A program made the translations under genes and the position numbers. A stretch of DNA of 64,000 bases from Psammoneis japonica. Taxonomy: Eukaryota. The notes beneath the pieces were generated by a model. The model was not told where the DNA came from, did no database searches, and saw only the letters and a program-made list of their open reading frames with translations. Numbering within the stretch: position 1 is the first letter of the stretch; each line of letters starts with the position of its first letter. The stretch spans positions 62,001 to 126,000 of the forward strand of contig QPGO01000119.1 of NCBI GenBank assembly GCA_008632985.1, given 5' to 3'. Shown in pieces: positions 22,144-33,885 of the stretch.

Positions 22144-22983
22144 ATGTCAACTAGCTCAGGCGCAACGATAAGCACCAAGAACGGCCGGATGTTCAACTGG
22201 TCTTTACTCGAGAATGCGACCATCCTCGAGCAATGTCGAACAGCACTTGGAGATGATGGTGCCATGATGATTCGAAATTTTGCATCACCCGAGGGGATAC
22301 GACTTCTCAAGGATGAGATTATGTCGTGCCCGTACAATGAATCAACTCAGTACTACACCTGCTGGCAAGATCAGGGCGATGATAAATATCCGCCGTCTCA
22401 TCCGCGCAACTTTATGATTCATGCATCCGCATCCTTTGTGGGGAGGAAATCGTTGGAAGAAACCAGCAATCGATTAGGAATATCTCTTTATGAGGATGAT
22501 CGATTGTTACGCTTTCTTTCGGAGGTTGCTACCAAGCCACTGTACAGATCGACCGATTAAAATGGGTCTGTCTATTCGTATCGGATACACGACAAGCACA
22601 AGGCGCCTTGGCACTTTGACGAAAGTCCCTACACTGCAATTATCTATCTACAAAATAGCGAAAATGGGGGAGAGTTTGAATATGTACCATGGAGTAGACC
22701 CACTCTCGACAAAAATGACACGCAGGGTCACGATATTGTGCGACAAGTTGTCATGGAGGGAAAGGTTGATAAAGTGAGAAGCATCCTTCCCAAACCTGGC
22801 ACGCTCATCTTCTTTTCAGGAGCACACAGCTTTCATAGAGCTGCTCCAGTTACTGGCCCGACTGTGCGGTTAGGTCTTGTGTTTACGTTTGGATTGGACG
22901 ATGCCTTTGCCAATTCTGATTCGGTTCACGCGGCAAATGAATGGAATCCTGTCAATGCGTCTCGACTAATCAAACATGGATGA
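22144..22983 (+). CDS. 2-oxoglutarate/Fe(II)-dependent oxygenase (BesD/HalD-like fold, HxD type); frameshift near 22555
   Basis: After the frameshift: PWHFDESPYTAIIYLQNSENGGEFEYVP...PGTLIFFSGAHSFHRAAPVTGPTVR (HxD...H...R). Starts 90 bp from the 5' LTR. Confidence 0.8.
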
Positions 22984-23244
22984 GGAAGACTAATCGATGT
23001 CTCTGTTTTCCTATGAGTAGCAAGTAGAGAGCATACGTCGAGTGTGCAGTTGAGAGTACTTGCAGTCAGCTCTTTTTCTTCAAAGCACAAAAGGGGCGAC
23101 ACACAGGCTATAGCAATCACAATTCGCGTTTATACCTGCTTGAAACGTCGTAAACCCACGAATGCAAGACTGTTAAAGCTATTTTAAGTGTCCCGATTTA
23201 TTTCCAACTGCTTGCTATACCGACTCGGTGACCGGCTGACTTAT

Positions 23245-24244
23245 TCAAACGACCACTACCGACATGTTACCCTGGGCAAGATGGTCGTTCAGTAATGGTG
23301 TCTGGCTATCTGTCTCTTGGCTGCTGCTTGCGTCGTCGTCCTTACTCACATCTTGTTTCAATGCAGCCAACCCCTTGCCTTCTGCTCTGAGCCTCCACTC
23401 CAAGAACGCAATTGTACGCACAACCGCCATGGTTGGATAATAGATGATACCAACCAAAGCTCTGTAGAAAACGCTGTACTTTAGGAAAACGCCTGGTCCC
23501 CACTCTTCTTCGAAACCCTCAATGGCCGACACATTTAAATAAAATAATACACATGAATGGTACCCTAGGAACACAAGGGCACAGACCCAAACAAAGGGTG
23601 AGTTAATACTCCCTGGATAGAGCTGGCGGGCCCGTTTCAGAGCTTGACCAGCCGACTTGTTTTCGATCATTACAGCAGGAGCAGCAGTCAGACACAACCC
23701 AAACTGAATATAAATGCTCAAAACAAAAACCAACAGCAAAGAGAGCATAGTCCACCAAAAGAATTCAAACCGATCGATTTTTTGATTTTCAACCCAGTCC
23801 CAGTCCCTGGACTTGTCCGTCAGTGTCGGAAAGCTGATTGCAAGTGCAAGATAGGCAGTGCAAATGACAGAGCACCCTACCGCGTTGACCAAGCACAATG
23901 GGATTGTACGGCGGAATGCGTTTTTCCAGCACGTTGCTGGAATTGGCTGGCGTTCAACCAGAATTGTAGCTGCAAGGGAAACCATGGCTCCTTCCGAGAT
24001 GGATTGAATCGTTGCATCCGCCAACATGTTCAACGCCCCAAATAAAAGAAGGAGGGAAACTCCATGGGCCCACATCTCGATGTTGTCCCTATGCTTCATG
24101 TAAAGGCTGACGAAATAGGAGCAGAAAGCAGTCATAGTGGGGACAAGAAGCAACAGGTACCACCTTGCCATCCGAATAAAGAGGGGTGCTTGATCAAATA
24201 GGCGCCCCAACATTGTTCCCGTCGACATGTGGTTAGAAGCTTGT

Positions 24245-24277
<33 letters not shown>

Positions 24278-24307
24278 GGTTGAACTTCTAAAGAAACCAT
24301 TTTCATT
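23245..24307 (-). CDS. Multi-pass membrane protein with an N-terminal polyQ tract
   Basis: Long ORF with about six hydrophobic segments and PAVMIENKSAGQALKRARQL; (CAG)n at ~24247-24276. Confidence 0.7.
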
Positions 24308-25120
24308 GAAACGAGTGCCGCTGCTGTTGCATTCTCTACTCTCACTCTCTTCTCTCTTCTCTATTAGCTAGTAGCTATTAGAGCTACCGTAAGTGGAGAG
24401 GTGAATTCGCGTTTCCAGACAACGGCAGACGTGTCGTCGTTGTCACGACTCAAGCCGTCGCGGGAAGCGTTCGTCGGGAGTGATTCGGGAGCTGTCGATA
24501 GGGAGGGAGAGACTCGGACTAGCAGACAAGCTGCGGGTGGTGGAAACGCTTCTCCGTGCTTCACCAGCAAATACCTGCCATTTCTCTTTCGACAACGTTG
24601 ACGATTATTGAATCGTCTGGAGGAGTGGTACGTAAGTGGAGCATCGTTCCCAAGCTTTTCTGTTGTGAAAAAAAAAAAAAAAGTGAGTGGGTTGTGTGTT
24701 GTGTGACCGTGTGACTAACTCGTTCCATGACTATGACAGATCGAAATGACTCATCTGTTTAACAACCTTCCGAACAAATGACTGTTTGTGTACTTTCGTC
24801 TCCCACAACAGAAGCGTGTTTGCAAACCCGCCACCTCACTCGCCTCATCATCCGCCATCCGCCCGCCAACACGCGTGCACTGTATCGATCGTATCAAGGC
24901 GTCGACAGCAGCCAGCAGCCAACAGTTGTTATTTTCCCAGCTGTTTTCCAGTGCAACACACGGATTTTTTTTTTTTTGCTACAGTCCCCGAGCGACCATG
25001 GGATTACGCTTGGCTTGGCAGCTGAGGGCACCTTTTTCAATCTGCTAGTTTTCGACTGCTCCAGTATCTGGAGAGAGGGCGATACGAGGACCATAAAGCA
25101 GCAGGAAACACTTAAAAAAA

Positions 25121-26281
25121 ATGCCAATCCTTTCGCCAGACCAACGAGTAAAGGCACTCGCCTTTATTCCACGAGTACCTGCTTGTCTGTCAATAGTTGG
25201 ATCCTCCTGTATCGTATTCGCGGTATTTTCCAGGAAGAATGCATTGAATGAGTTTTATCATCGAATGATGCTCGTGTTGAGCGCTTTCGATTTGATTGGA
25301 TCTGTCTGGTTGGCCTTGGGATCCGTACCTGTTCTCCCAGAGTATGGCATTCCGGGTTCGTTTGGGACGACGTTAGCTGTTCAATGCAAGGATTCTTTAT
25401 TCACTTCAGCGCCATTGGTTCCAGTGCCTGCAATGCTGCTCTGATGGTTTACTTTGTACTGAAAGTTCGTTACAATGTACCAGACAATGCCATTCAAAAG
25501 TGGTCGCACTGTATACATATTTCGGCAGTCATTTTGTCACTTGCAATGGCACTATCAGGAGTGTTGCTTCAAGTGATGAATCCTATTGGATTCGGTGGGC
25601 CTTCCAATTCGCCTCTTTGCTACATACAGGCCTTTCCTCCCGGTTGTGATTTTGTGGACGACATGCAATGCACTAGAGGAGCAAATGCCAATGTCATTAT
25701 CTGGCCAATCGCCATTATACCATTCATTCTGGCAACGGTTGTATTTTTAGAGCAGTCGCTACCGTTGTGTGGACTGTCATTGTAAGAGATCGACAAAGCC
25801 GGAAATTCTCTGCGGTCAGCGGAGGGATTCGTCCCAACATTGTCACGGCTGTTGCCGGCGATGTTTTCTGTATGCCCTTGTATTCTTCAATACATTTCTT
25901 TGGACAACCGTGAGCATGATTATACACAACAATGATCCACCAAAATTCGATACCTTTTGGATGGGAATGCTAGCCTTTACTTTCATGCCCATGCAAGGAT
26001 TTTTTAATCTGTTTATCTACGTTCAACCTCGATACTCAAGGATCCGAACGCAGTACACACACAGGTCAAGAATATGGGCCTTTTGGCAGGCTCTCAGAGG
26101 AAAGATAGAATTACAGCAAGGCCGTTCTTTTCTTACTACTGGGACCAAGAATATAAGGAGTTTTAATGCTAGGAGAGACCAAGAATCACCTCAAGACGTG
26201 GAATCAGCAGCCAAGGCCCAATCAACATTGGATGATGATTCGTCCGAGGAGAGTGATGCTTGGAGACAAGTCGACATGTGA
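25121..26281 (+). CDS. GPCR-like 7-TM protein (cAMP-receptor/Git3-like); two apparent frameshifts
   Basis: PRVPACLSIVGSSCI...YHRMMLVLSAFDL; C..QGFFIHF...NAALMVYFVLKVRYN; CYIQAFPPGC; TFMPMQGFFNLFIYVQPRY, spread over ORFs 25121-25444, 25384-25785 and 25769-26281. Confidence 0.8.
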
Positions 26282-26638
26282 GCGTTTCTTTTCATGATTC
26301 TGCTGTTACTGTTGCCGGAGCAGTGATGTGAATGAATGGCTACTCGAACTGTCATACACGCATCTTGCGGAGGAGCTACAATACTTTGATTGCAATTGAT
26401 CAACTAGAGAGATCTGAATAGATTTGGAAAGTGGAGGATCGGCGAGCATCAGTCGACAGAACCTGCGGTGGTAGCCTACTAGAGAGATGATGATGATTCC
26501 CTTTGGTCCTGCTACATGATATTGTACCGGGAAATGACAGACGTCCGCGAACGCGAACCGATGTATGCGCGATGAGAACCTGCGGTCCCTGCGGCCTGCG
26601 GTCTCAGGTCACTAACAACAAGAAAGAAATCCATCACC

Positions 26639-27718
26639 ATGCCCTTCGTTGATGATAAAATGCCGAAGCTTGTCTTAGTGACAGGCGCAAACGGTTACGT
26701 TGGCTCATCACTGGTGAAAACGTTGCTAGAGGAAGGCCACCGTGTGCGAGGAACTGTTCGAGATGTTTCGGACGAGAAGAAGACTGCTCCCTTGAAAGCC
26801 ATGAGAAACGCGTCAACACACCTCGAGCTGGTCCTTCTCGAATTGACTGGACCCGACGATACATTTGATAAGGCTATGGAGGGTGTTGAATGGGTCATGC
26901 ACTCTGCTTCCCCTGTGAGTCAGAGTACCAAGAACGAACAAGCAATTATTAGACCCGCTGTGGAAGGAACCGAAAACTTGCTTCGCGCTGCTGCGGCAAC
27001 ACCCAGCGTTCGCAAATTCATCTTGACATCTTCCATTTCTGCCGTGTATCCTGGTCATCCGCAAGTGTCGTTTAGCGAAGACGATTGGACGAATCTCAAT
27101 GACCCACATCTGCTCCCTTATGACAAGGCCAAGACGCTGGCCGAGAAAGCTGCTTGGAACTTTATGAAAGAGCACAATCCAGGCTTTACGCTCACCTCAA
27201 TAAATCCATCCGTTGTGTTGGGTCCTGTTGCGCATGAAAACACAGCAAGCTCTGCCCAGATTCTTTACTGCCCCTTGCTGGGTGAGCCTTGCTTTGTTGA
27301 CTTTTACATGCCGACTGTAGATGTTCGGGATGTGGTTCGTGCTCACATTCAGGCGGCCAGGCTTCCAGAAGCCGCAGGAAAGAGATTTATTCTCAATCAG
27401 TCAGAAGGAGGGGGGTTCTGGTATACAGATATCGCAAAAATTCTCAAGCGCGAGTTTGAGCCAATGGGGTACAACGTTCGTACGTGGGTGCTTCCGAAGG
27501 TGCTGTGTTGGATATTGAGTTGGTTTAGTGCGGAGCTGGCCTCAATTCTCAAGTCCTTTCAGCAGGAGATAGCATTGGACAATGAACGTTCGAAGAGTAT
27601 CCTGCACATTGAATACCGTCCCGCGGAACAAACCATTATTGATGGCGCCCATTCCTTGATTGAACACAGAATCGTTCCGCGCACCGACGGATACAGAGAG
27701 CCGGGGCGAAAGGACTGA
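26639..27718 (+). CDS. NAD(P)-dependent epimerase/dehydratase (dihydroflavonol reductase / aldehyde reductase-like extended SDR)
   Basis: VLVTGANGYVG, VRGTVRD, HSASP, PAVEGT, TSSISAV, YDKAK (YxxxK), INPSVVLGP, VDVRDV. Confidence 0.93.
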   Translation: MPFVDDKMPKLVLVTGANGYVGSSLVKTLLEEGHRVRGTVRDVSDEKKTAPLKAMRNASTHLELVLLELTGPDDTFDKAMEGVEWVMHSASPVSQSTKNEQAIIRPAVEGTENLLRAAAATPSVRKFILTSSISAVYPGHPQVSFSEDDWTNLNDPHLLPYDKAKTLAEKAAWNFMKEHNPGFTLTSINPSVVLGPVAHENTASSAQILYCPLLGEPCFVDFYMPTVDVRDVVRAHIQAARLPEAAGKRFILNQSEGGGFWYTDIAKILKREFEPMGYNVRTWVLPKVLCWILSWFSAELASILKSFQQEIALDNERSKSILHIEYRPAEQTIIDGAHSLIEHRIVPRTDGYREPGRKD

Positions 27719-27939
27719 CTCAATGCAACCAGCGAAGGTAGTTAGGAAAACTAAAAGCCTGTTCTAGGGCAGTTGTTACTATAGAGAGTGGTCTTCTGCA
27801 CTAGAGCTCTCTACAGTAGAGGAGGGCAGAGAAGATTATTGCTCTGTTCCTTTCTTTCCGCAGTACAAATAATGTGGACGCCGACGTCTTCAACTTTACC
27901 CTTGAATAATTTACGCGACATAGCAACGTCTGGCATTTA

Positions 27940-28090
27940 GGCCTCTAGCTACTCTCTACTCTCTAGCTAGTAGAGAGCTAGCTAGCTAGCTAGCTAAGAG
28001 CTAGGGCCCTAGAGTACTCTCTAGAGCCCTTAGAGCTAGATAGGGCTACTCTCTACTCTCTCTACTCTATCTAGAGAACTCGAGCTCGCG
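27940..28090. repeat. Low-complexity CTAG/CTCT/CTAC tract
   Basis: CTCTAGCTACTCTCTACTCTCTAGCTAGTAGAGAGCTAGCTAGCTAGCTAGCT... Confidence 0.85.
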
Positions 28091-28395
28091 CTCCGCTATC
28101 TTTCTCCGCCTCCTGACGAAATCGAATCTTTGTCATCAACACTATGTAATGAGCCATTTCCAAATTTCACAAAAAGGCAAGGGGGTATCGCCGTACCTGC
28201 GCTCTCTACTAACTAGAGGCTCCACTTTCCTACCGTGCCAAACAGAATGCTCAAAGCTATTTCAGTCATTGTCCACCAATCGATCAAAAAACTCAACAAT
28301 GGATTTGACCGAGAATTATTTTGATATTTTATAGTCAAAGTTTTAGAGAAAAAAGGTGTCACACGATCACAAGATACATCGACAAAGCAGACATC

Positions 28396-29106
28396 ATGAG
28401 CAGTAGTGATAATGACAGCACCGAAGCTACCACATTAGCAGAGACACTATGTTGTGTATCAATCAAATCTCGCGACACCGTGGTGGACTGGATGCTCTTG
28501 GACGACGGCTCGAGCTACAAACCATCGTTGTTTCAACGTGTTTTATGTCAGTGTTCTCCGAAACCACGAATTCCTTCGGGAATCGAGAATCAGCCGGAAA
28601 TTGCCGCCCTCGCCGGAGCGACACTTCAGCGTGGCAATTATGGAGTCACCATGTCGTTAAAGTGGGCCGACTTTGACCCCGCCAAGCGCGAAATTCGTCT
28701 CGAAGTCTTTGGAGGATGCGGCGGACGGTCGCATCATTCGCAATGGGCCGAACCTGTGACGGGTACATGGATCTGTCTAATCAACGTGGCTCGTCTTTGC
28801 GATTATACCTACAAGATTCAGTTCAGTGAGGATTGGCAGCGTGCTGATATTCGCATCATGGGCAATTTAGGAATCTGTTGCCTTCCCGCGTGGTTTACCC
28901 TTCCAGAAAAGTGTGTTCAATTTGAAATGGTCCAAGCCGAGGGTAGTAATGATGGGAGCTTTTGGTACCGCAATTCGGCAAAATTTGGAGGCGAACTGAG
29001 TAAAACGTACGACCTGGTGGAAGCCTTTACGGTGGATGGGCAGCCCGGACGATACCATTCTGATTTTCTAACCGAAGCTCCGGAAAGGATGCTAATCTCA
29101 AGGTGA
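28396..29106 (+). CDS. Hypothetical protein (~236 aa)
   Basis: ATG in ATCATGA context, uninterrupted ORF with normal composition; no family recognised. Confidence 0.65.
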   Translation: MSSSDNDSTEATTLAETLCCVSIKSRDTVVDWMLLDDGSSYKPSLFQRVLCQCSPKPRIPSGIENQPEIAALAGATLQRGNYGVTMSLKWADFDPAKREIRLEVFGGCGGRSHHSQWAEPVTGTWICLINVARLCDYTYKIQFSEDWQRADIRIMGNLGICCLPAWFTLPEKCVQFEMVQAEGSNDGSFWYRNSAKFGGELSKTYDLVEAFTVDGQPGRYHSDFLTEAPERMLISR

Positions 29107-29795
29107 ACACTTACTTTGTTGTTGCATTCATTTAACAACAACGATTCTAGCTAACAATGCATAATGAAATAAATGAAGTTCTCTCTAGTAAACGCCATGT
29201 AACAACTATGGCATGTCGAAATTCAAAAGCACTGGAACATAACATGATGCACTCCCGATCCCGAGTCAAGAAAGCCACGCCGCTTTTCAAGTTTGCAATT
29301 TCTGCTGACTGCTTATGGAATTCCGATTCCTTATCTTTTCTCCCCCATCCCTAGTACAGTAAGGTTATAATGCTGCGGAGAAGGTTGGGGACGCCATTGA
29401 AGTTTTTCTCAAAGCATTTGCCCGCGAACCCTAGTTTCTTCGCGACATACTGTAGAATGACATTCGAGCTGTGCTGCTGAAGATGTCAAAGCATCAACAC
29501 GGAAGGCATCGCAATTGGTCCTCTGCTCTATTCTAGATGCGAGACGATATTTGCTGTGTCTTGATCAAGTCTCGCGAGACCTATGTAGTACTTTACAATG
29601 CCATGGTGGACTGAATACATGATGTTGCGGACGCCAACTTTTTATGATAAATTGTGGGCGAATGTGCTTTCTTGTGTTCGCATGATGACGTGGCTATTTT
29701 TGAAATCTTCAGGGCTGAAGATCGCTGAACCAGCATCCCTCCATCATCATCGCGTCAGTGAACTTCATCATCATCTTGAATGCTTGCTGCGTTGC

Positions 29796-31581
29796 TATTG
29801 CTGTTTGAGGTTAAAATGTCACAGGGTTCGAGAGAGAGAGGTGTCTTCTTTTTTTTTTTTCCTTCGACAACACCTTTCCGGGTTCCCCTCAACAGCCACG
29901 TAGAATCGTACACAAAATAAGTACTAGAATTGATGCAACCATCAAAACACACCGATATCAACCATGAGGACCGCCGCTGCTCCGCCGCCAAGCGGCACGC
30001 AACTAACCAACCCGAACACAATGATCGTGCATCTAGTCGAAGTATGAAGCGTTCTGCCATCAATCTGGGCTCGTATGATTCTGAAGAGGGCTCAGAAACC
30101 CACGAGAAACCGAGGGTCGCAACTGCGAACTTCTCATTCACTTCGACAAACCGTGTTTGTCTGAAGCAAAAAGGATCATAGACGAACCAAAGCCCACTCT
30201 AATCTACTGAAAGTTTCAGTTGCACCAGAAATACTACAGGAGCTTTTGACATCTTTCTTGGAGCCAGCTCAGAGCTCAGAAGGACCCAAACTACTCTGTT
30301 CGTGTCACCTCAAAGACAACTCCAATTTTCGAAGTAGAGTATGATCTCTCCCGTTCCATGTCAAACGGATTGGTGAGTACGAACCAAAATTCTCTCTATT
30401 TTTTCTACACTAATTGCTTGCACTTACCTTCGACCTGTTCATTTTGTAATGCAGAGCAGGGAGGAGGATATGTCGCAACTCTCGCACTCGGACCGCGATG
30501 AGGCGACAACGACGAGGAAAACGGAGATTTTCACGTTGACAAGGATTTTTCATGACATAATCAAACATGCTGCAACACATACTAAACTGAAGAAGCACTA
30601 TGCGTAGGACAAGAAGACATACTTTAGGGTAACTATTATATTACTAGGCACTCTAGATGCTACTCGAGACCAACTATTTACTACTCGAGATGATACCGCT
30701 CGAGACTAGGGCCCTACAGTAGCTAGACGATACCACTTGAGACTATATTATACAGTATTTACTACCGTACGATACTTGAGACGATAACACTCGAGACAAT
30801 ATTTATTGCTCGAGACGACACCACTCGAGATACGATGTTCACTGCTCGAGAAGACACCACTCGAGATTAGATATTAACTCGAGACAACACAATACCACTC
30901 GAGATGACACCCCAACCACCAACCTTGAACACTCTAATTCTTCATCCCCGGCACCCCTCCTTTTCGATACCGCTTCGCTGCTACAGTAGGTATGCCGGTA
31001 GGCCGGGAGTTACTGACAGCAACGCCCGCCCCACAATGCAAGTCTTGCCAATCCGCCTGACTACCCTCAAGTTCTCCATGGCGACGAAGGTGTGCTTCAC
31101 ACACAAAAAGCATTTTTTCGACTGGTGTCGAATGGTAGTTCTCCATAAAAGAGATAGTGCTTGTACCAACGTCGGAGTTGACGTTCACTACTAGAAGTAG
31201 CTAGTGCGAAATATCCTTGCACCCGCCCTGTCTCAGCAGTCTCAGCACGGCGGCGGCAAGGCTTGCCGTGCCTGCCACCAGTTGAACGTGATCAACAATG
31301 TATTCAATAGCATCACTTTGAGTCGTTCGGGATGCCTTTCCAAAAGCAATCCCTACTCTAGAGAGAGCAATGTGATGAAAAACGCGAACAAACGGACCGG
31401 CTTCATTGCCATTGTTTTTGATCTTGTGGTGGCTGTATCTCAAATTCTAGTACTTATTTTGTGTACGATTCTACGTGGCTGTTGAGGGGAACCCGGAAAG
31501 GTGTTGTCGAAGGAAAAAAAAAAAAGAGAGAGACACCTCTCTCTCTCGAACCCTGTGACATTTTTACCTCAAACAGCAATA
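29796..31581. mobile_element. ~1.8-kb segment bounded by ~135-bp inverted repeats (putative non-autonomous foldback/MULE-like element)
   Basis: 29796-29930 is the near-perfect reverse complement of 31443-31581. No transposase and no clear TSD; internal CTCGAG array. Confidence 0.6.
30655..30905. repeat. Degenerate tandem array of ACTCGAGA-containing units (about a dozen)
   Basis: Repeated (ATACC)ACTCGAGA(C/T) and ATTTACTACTCGAGA variants at irregular 15-35 bp spacing. Confidence 0.8.
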
Positions 31582-31677
31582 ACATGGCATTGATGTTGAG
31601 GGTTGTTGTAGTCCTCGTTCCACATCCTCTTGAAATTGTTAGCTGAACGCTCTTATACTATATACTCGCACATTATC

Positions 31678-32034
31678 ATGAGTTCCAAAATATGGGTTCC
31701 AAATACTGCCAAAACAATCATCAAGAAAACCATGACCAAAAGCCCGACCAATTCTCCAACACGAAAAGAAGCGCTTAGTTTGTACCGAGAAGTCTTGAGA
31801 ACGTGCAGGGCCTTTCACTGGGTAGACGATACGGATGGACAGCCATGGAGTACCAAGCTAAAAAATCAGGCAAAACAGGAATTTTTGGAATCCAAACAAG
31901 AAACGGACCCACTCATTATTGCGAGAATGTTGGTGGTGGGGCGGGATTGTGTGCAACAAATTCAAAACAAATTCAACGAAGCAGATCGAAAAGCGTGGGA
32001 GAGGATTGAAAATGATTCGTCAAGACGAAAATGA
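31678..32034 (+). CDS. Mitochondrial LYR-motif protein (Complex1_LYR, LYRM1-like)
   Basis: RKEALSLYREVLRTCRAFHW...AKQEF...ETDPLII. Confidence 0.85.
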   Translation: MSSKIWVPNTAKTIIKKTMTKSPTNSPTRKEALSLYREVLRTCRAFHWVDDTDGQPWSTKLKNQAKQEFLESKQETDPLIIARMLVVGRDCVQQIQNKFNEADRKAWERIENDSSRRK

Positions 32035-32142
32035 AAAATTTTGGAGAAGCAATGTTTATAGAATTCATAGTGCAACCGTCGCTGATAGTATGCGAACAGA
32101 CGAAAGAATAGAGGAATCGCAACATCACACGTGTATTATCAT

Positions 32143-33885
32143 CTATGTTACTGGCTCTACCGCTTGCCGCTCTTTATTCTTTTGAAACACGCCATTGACT
32201 CGTGCTGCACCAATAAGGGCAGTCACAAGTCGTCCCACAAACAGCGTGACAATACCCCGCGACCAAATGGCTTCGACCGACGTTGCCTCTCTTAACTTTA
32301 TCATGGAGAGCACCGTGGAGATGCACGTTCCAATGGCAAGCGTGGCAAATTCGTTTCCACCCACAGCCAAACCCTCCGTGACGAGCGTCCACGAAATGAG
32401 CAATTGTTGCCACGCCAAGTGTGGCATGAGATTTTTCAAATGCATTCGAACCATTGCGTTTTTCGTAAAGACATGAGGAACCATGGTTGTTCCGAGTGCA
32501 TAAATAAGTGCCGTACTCGCCAAGCCTTGGGCAGTAGCCAGTTTGGCCATGAACCAAGACAAGGATCGTTTCTTTTTGTTCGTAGTGGCTCGACTCATGA
32601 GGACTTGAGCCGACACGGCAGCACCGTCGAGCCACAGAGCAAAGACGAGCCAAAAACTCAAACCAACCTGATGAGCCGCCACGTGATGGGTTCCCAAGCG
32701 AGTGGCGCGGGCCGTGGCATAGGCCCATGCCAACAAGAGGGAACCTTGTTTGGCCATCATGGCCAAGTTGGCATTCACAATGGTCTTGACGACACGCCAC
32801 GTGTCTTTGGAAAATGAAAAACGAGTCTTCCAATTAGCAGTAGCAGTAGTAGTTTTCTGTGGTGACGCGGTTTTGTTTCTCTTCCATAATTTCCACGTTT
32901 GTTCCTTTAACATTTTTCGTTTCCACAAAAAGACCGCATAAACAATGGCGGCTCCAACTTGAGCAGTCGCGGTTGCCGCCGCGGCGCCCATGACTTGCCA
33001 TCCAAATCCAAACATAAAGAGTGGATCCAGTATTAGATTCATCACGGCCGCCACCATGCTGGCAACCAGTGGAATCTTGGTGTCACCATAACCCCGAAAG
33101 GCGCCCTCGGCCACAACCACCCACAAGACAAAGGGTGCCGCCCAACTGCGGGTCCTCAAATAAACCCACGCGGCGTCAAATAACTTTGGCTGCGAATGGT
33201 CCACACCCATGCAATGCAAACACCACGGCCCCGCAAGGACCCGCAAAAATAAAAACACTAGTAGACCCAACTTGAGTCCCAGTGCCAGTGATATTTGTGT
33301 CACTTGTCGAGCTTCTGGATTGGGTTCTGGTATAAAACTTGTCGAGTTGCTGTGATTTTCGTCTTGTCCTAGACTGGTGGCAACCAGACTTGTTGTAGCG
33401 GTAGTTGTCGCACGAAAGGCATTAAAGGCCAAGTGAAAAATGGATGTACACGCACCCAAGGCTGCCAATTCCGTTGATCCGACACGTCCCACAAAGGCGG
33501 TATCCATGAGACTGAGCAACGGATCCGTCATCATTCCAATCAAGGCCGGCAGAGCAATATCCAACGTGGGGCCCGTCCATGAATATGATTCTTGATTGTT
33601 GTTATTATTTTCAGATTCAGTTGTTGAATAAACTTGACTCATGTGTCGTATTGTACAACGCCGAGGACTAGAGCTTTTTGTACTAGCAAGCAATTTCCTT
33701 CCACAACCTACAAATCTTGCTGTCTGTCTCGGGAAGTTAACGTGAGTTGATACAGACGAAAAGGCCGTGGCTGAAGGGTCAACCACAAAACACCAGCCAA
33801 TCATTACTATCCATATGCTTTTCCATGTTCGAATAGGATACTCTTGTTGTAGTCGTCGTCTCTGAAGCGTTGAGACCGTCATCAT
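32143..33885 (-). CDS. MATE-family efflux transporter, probably plastid-targeted
   Basis: IALPALIGMMTDPLLSLMDTAFVGRVGSTELAALG; GAFRGYGDTKIPL; NLILDPLFMF; GAAAAT; AAHQV. Signal peptide ending ATA-F followed by a Ser/Arg-rich transit-like segment. Confidence 0.92.
   Translation of the reverse strand: MMTVSTLQRRRLQQEYPIRTWKSIWIVMIGWCFVVDPSATAFSSVSTHVNFPRQTARFVGCGRKLLASTKSSSPRRCTIRHMSQVYSTTESENNNNNQESYSWTGPTLDIALPALIGMMTDPLLSLMDTAFVGRVGSTELAALGACTSIFHLAFNAFRATTTATTSLVATSLGQDENHSNSTSFIPEPNPEARQVTQISLALGLKLGLLVFLFLRVLAGPWCLHCMGVDHSQPKLFDAAWVYLRTRSWAAPFVLWVVVAEGAFRGYGDTKIPLVASMVAAVMNLILDPLFMFGFGWQVMGAAAATATAQVGAAIVYAVFLWKRKMLKEQTWKLWKRNKTASPQKTTTATANWKTRFSFSKDTWRVVKTIVNANLAMMAKQGSLLLAWAYATARATRLGTHHVAAHQVGLSFWLVFALWLDGAAVSAQVLMSRATTNKKKRSLSWFMAKLATAQGLASTALIYALGTTMVPHVFTKNAMVRMHLKNLMPHLAWQQLLISWTLVTEGLAVGGNEFATLAIGTCISTVLSMIKLREATSVEAIWSRGIVTLFVGRLVTALIGAARVNGVFQKNKERQAVEPVT

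Noticed and set aside
22144..22983. BesD-type halogenase
   Set aside because: The metal motif is HFD (HxD), the hydroxylase type; halogenases replace the Asp with Gly or Ala.
30655..30905. CRISPR-like array
   Set aside because: Units are short, degenerate and irregular, with no unique spacers or cas genes; the context is eukaryotic.
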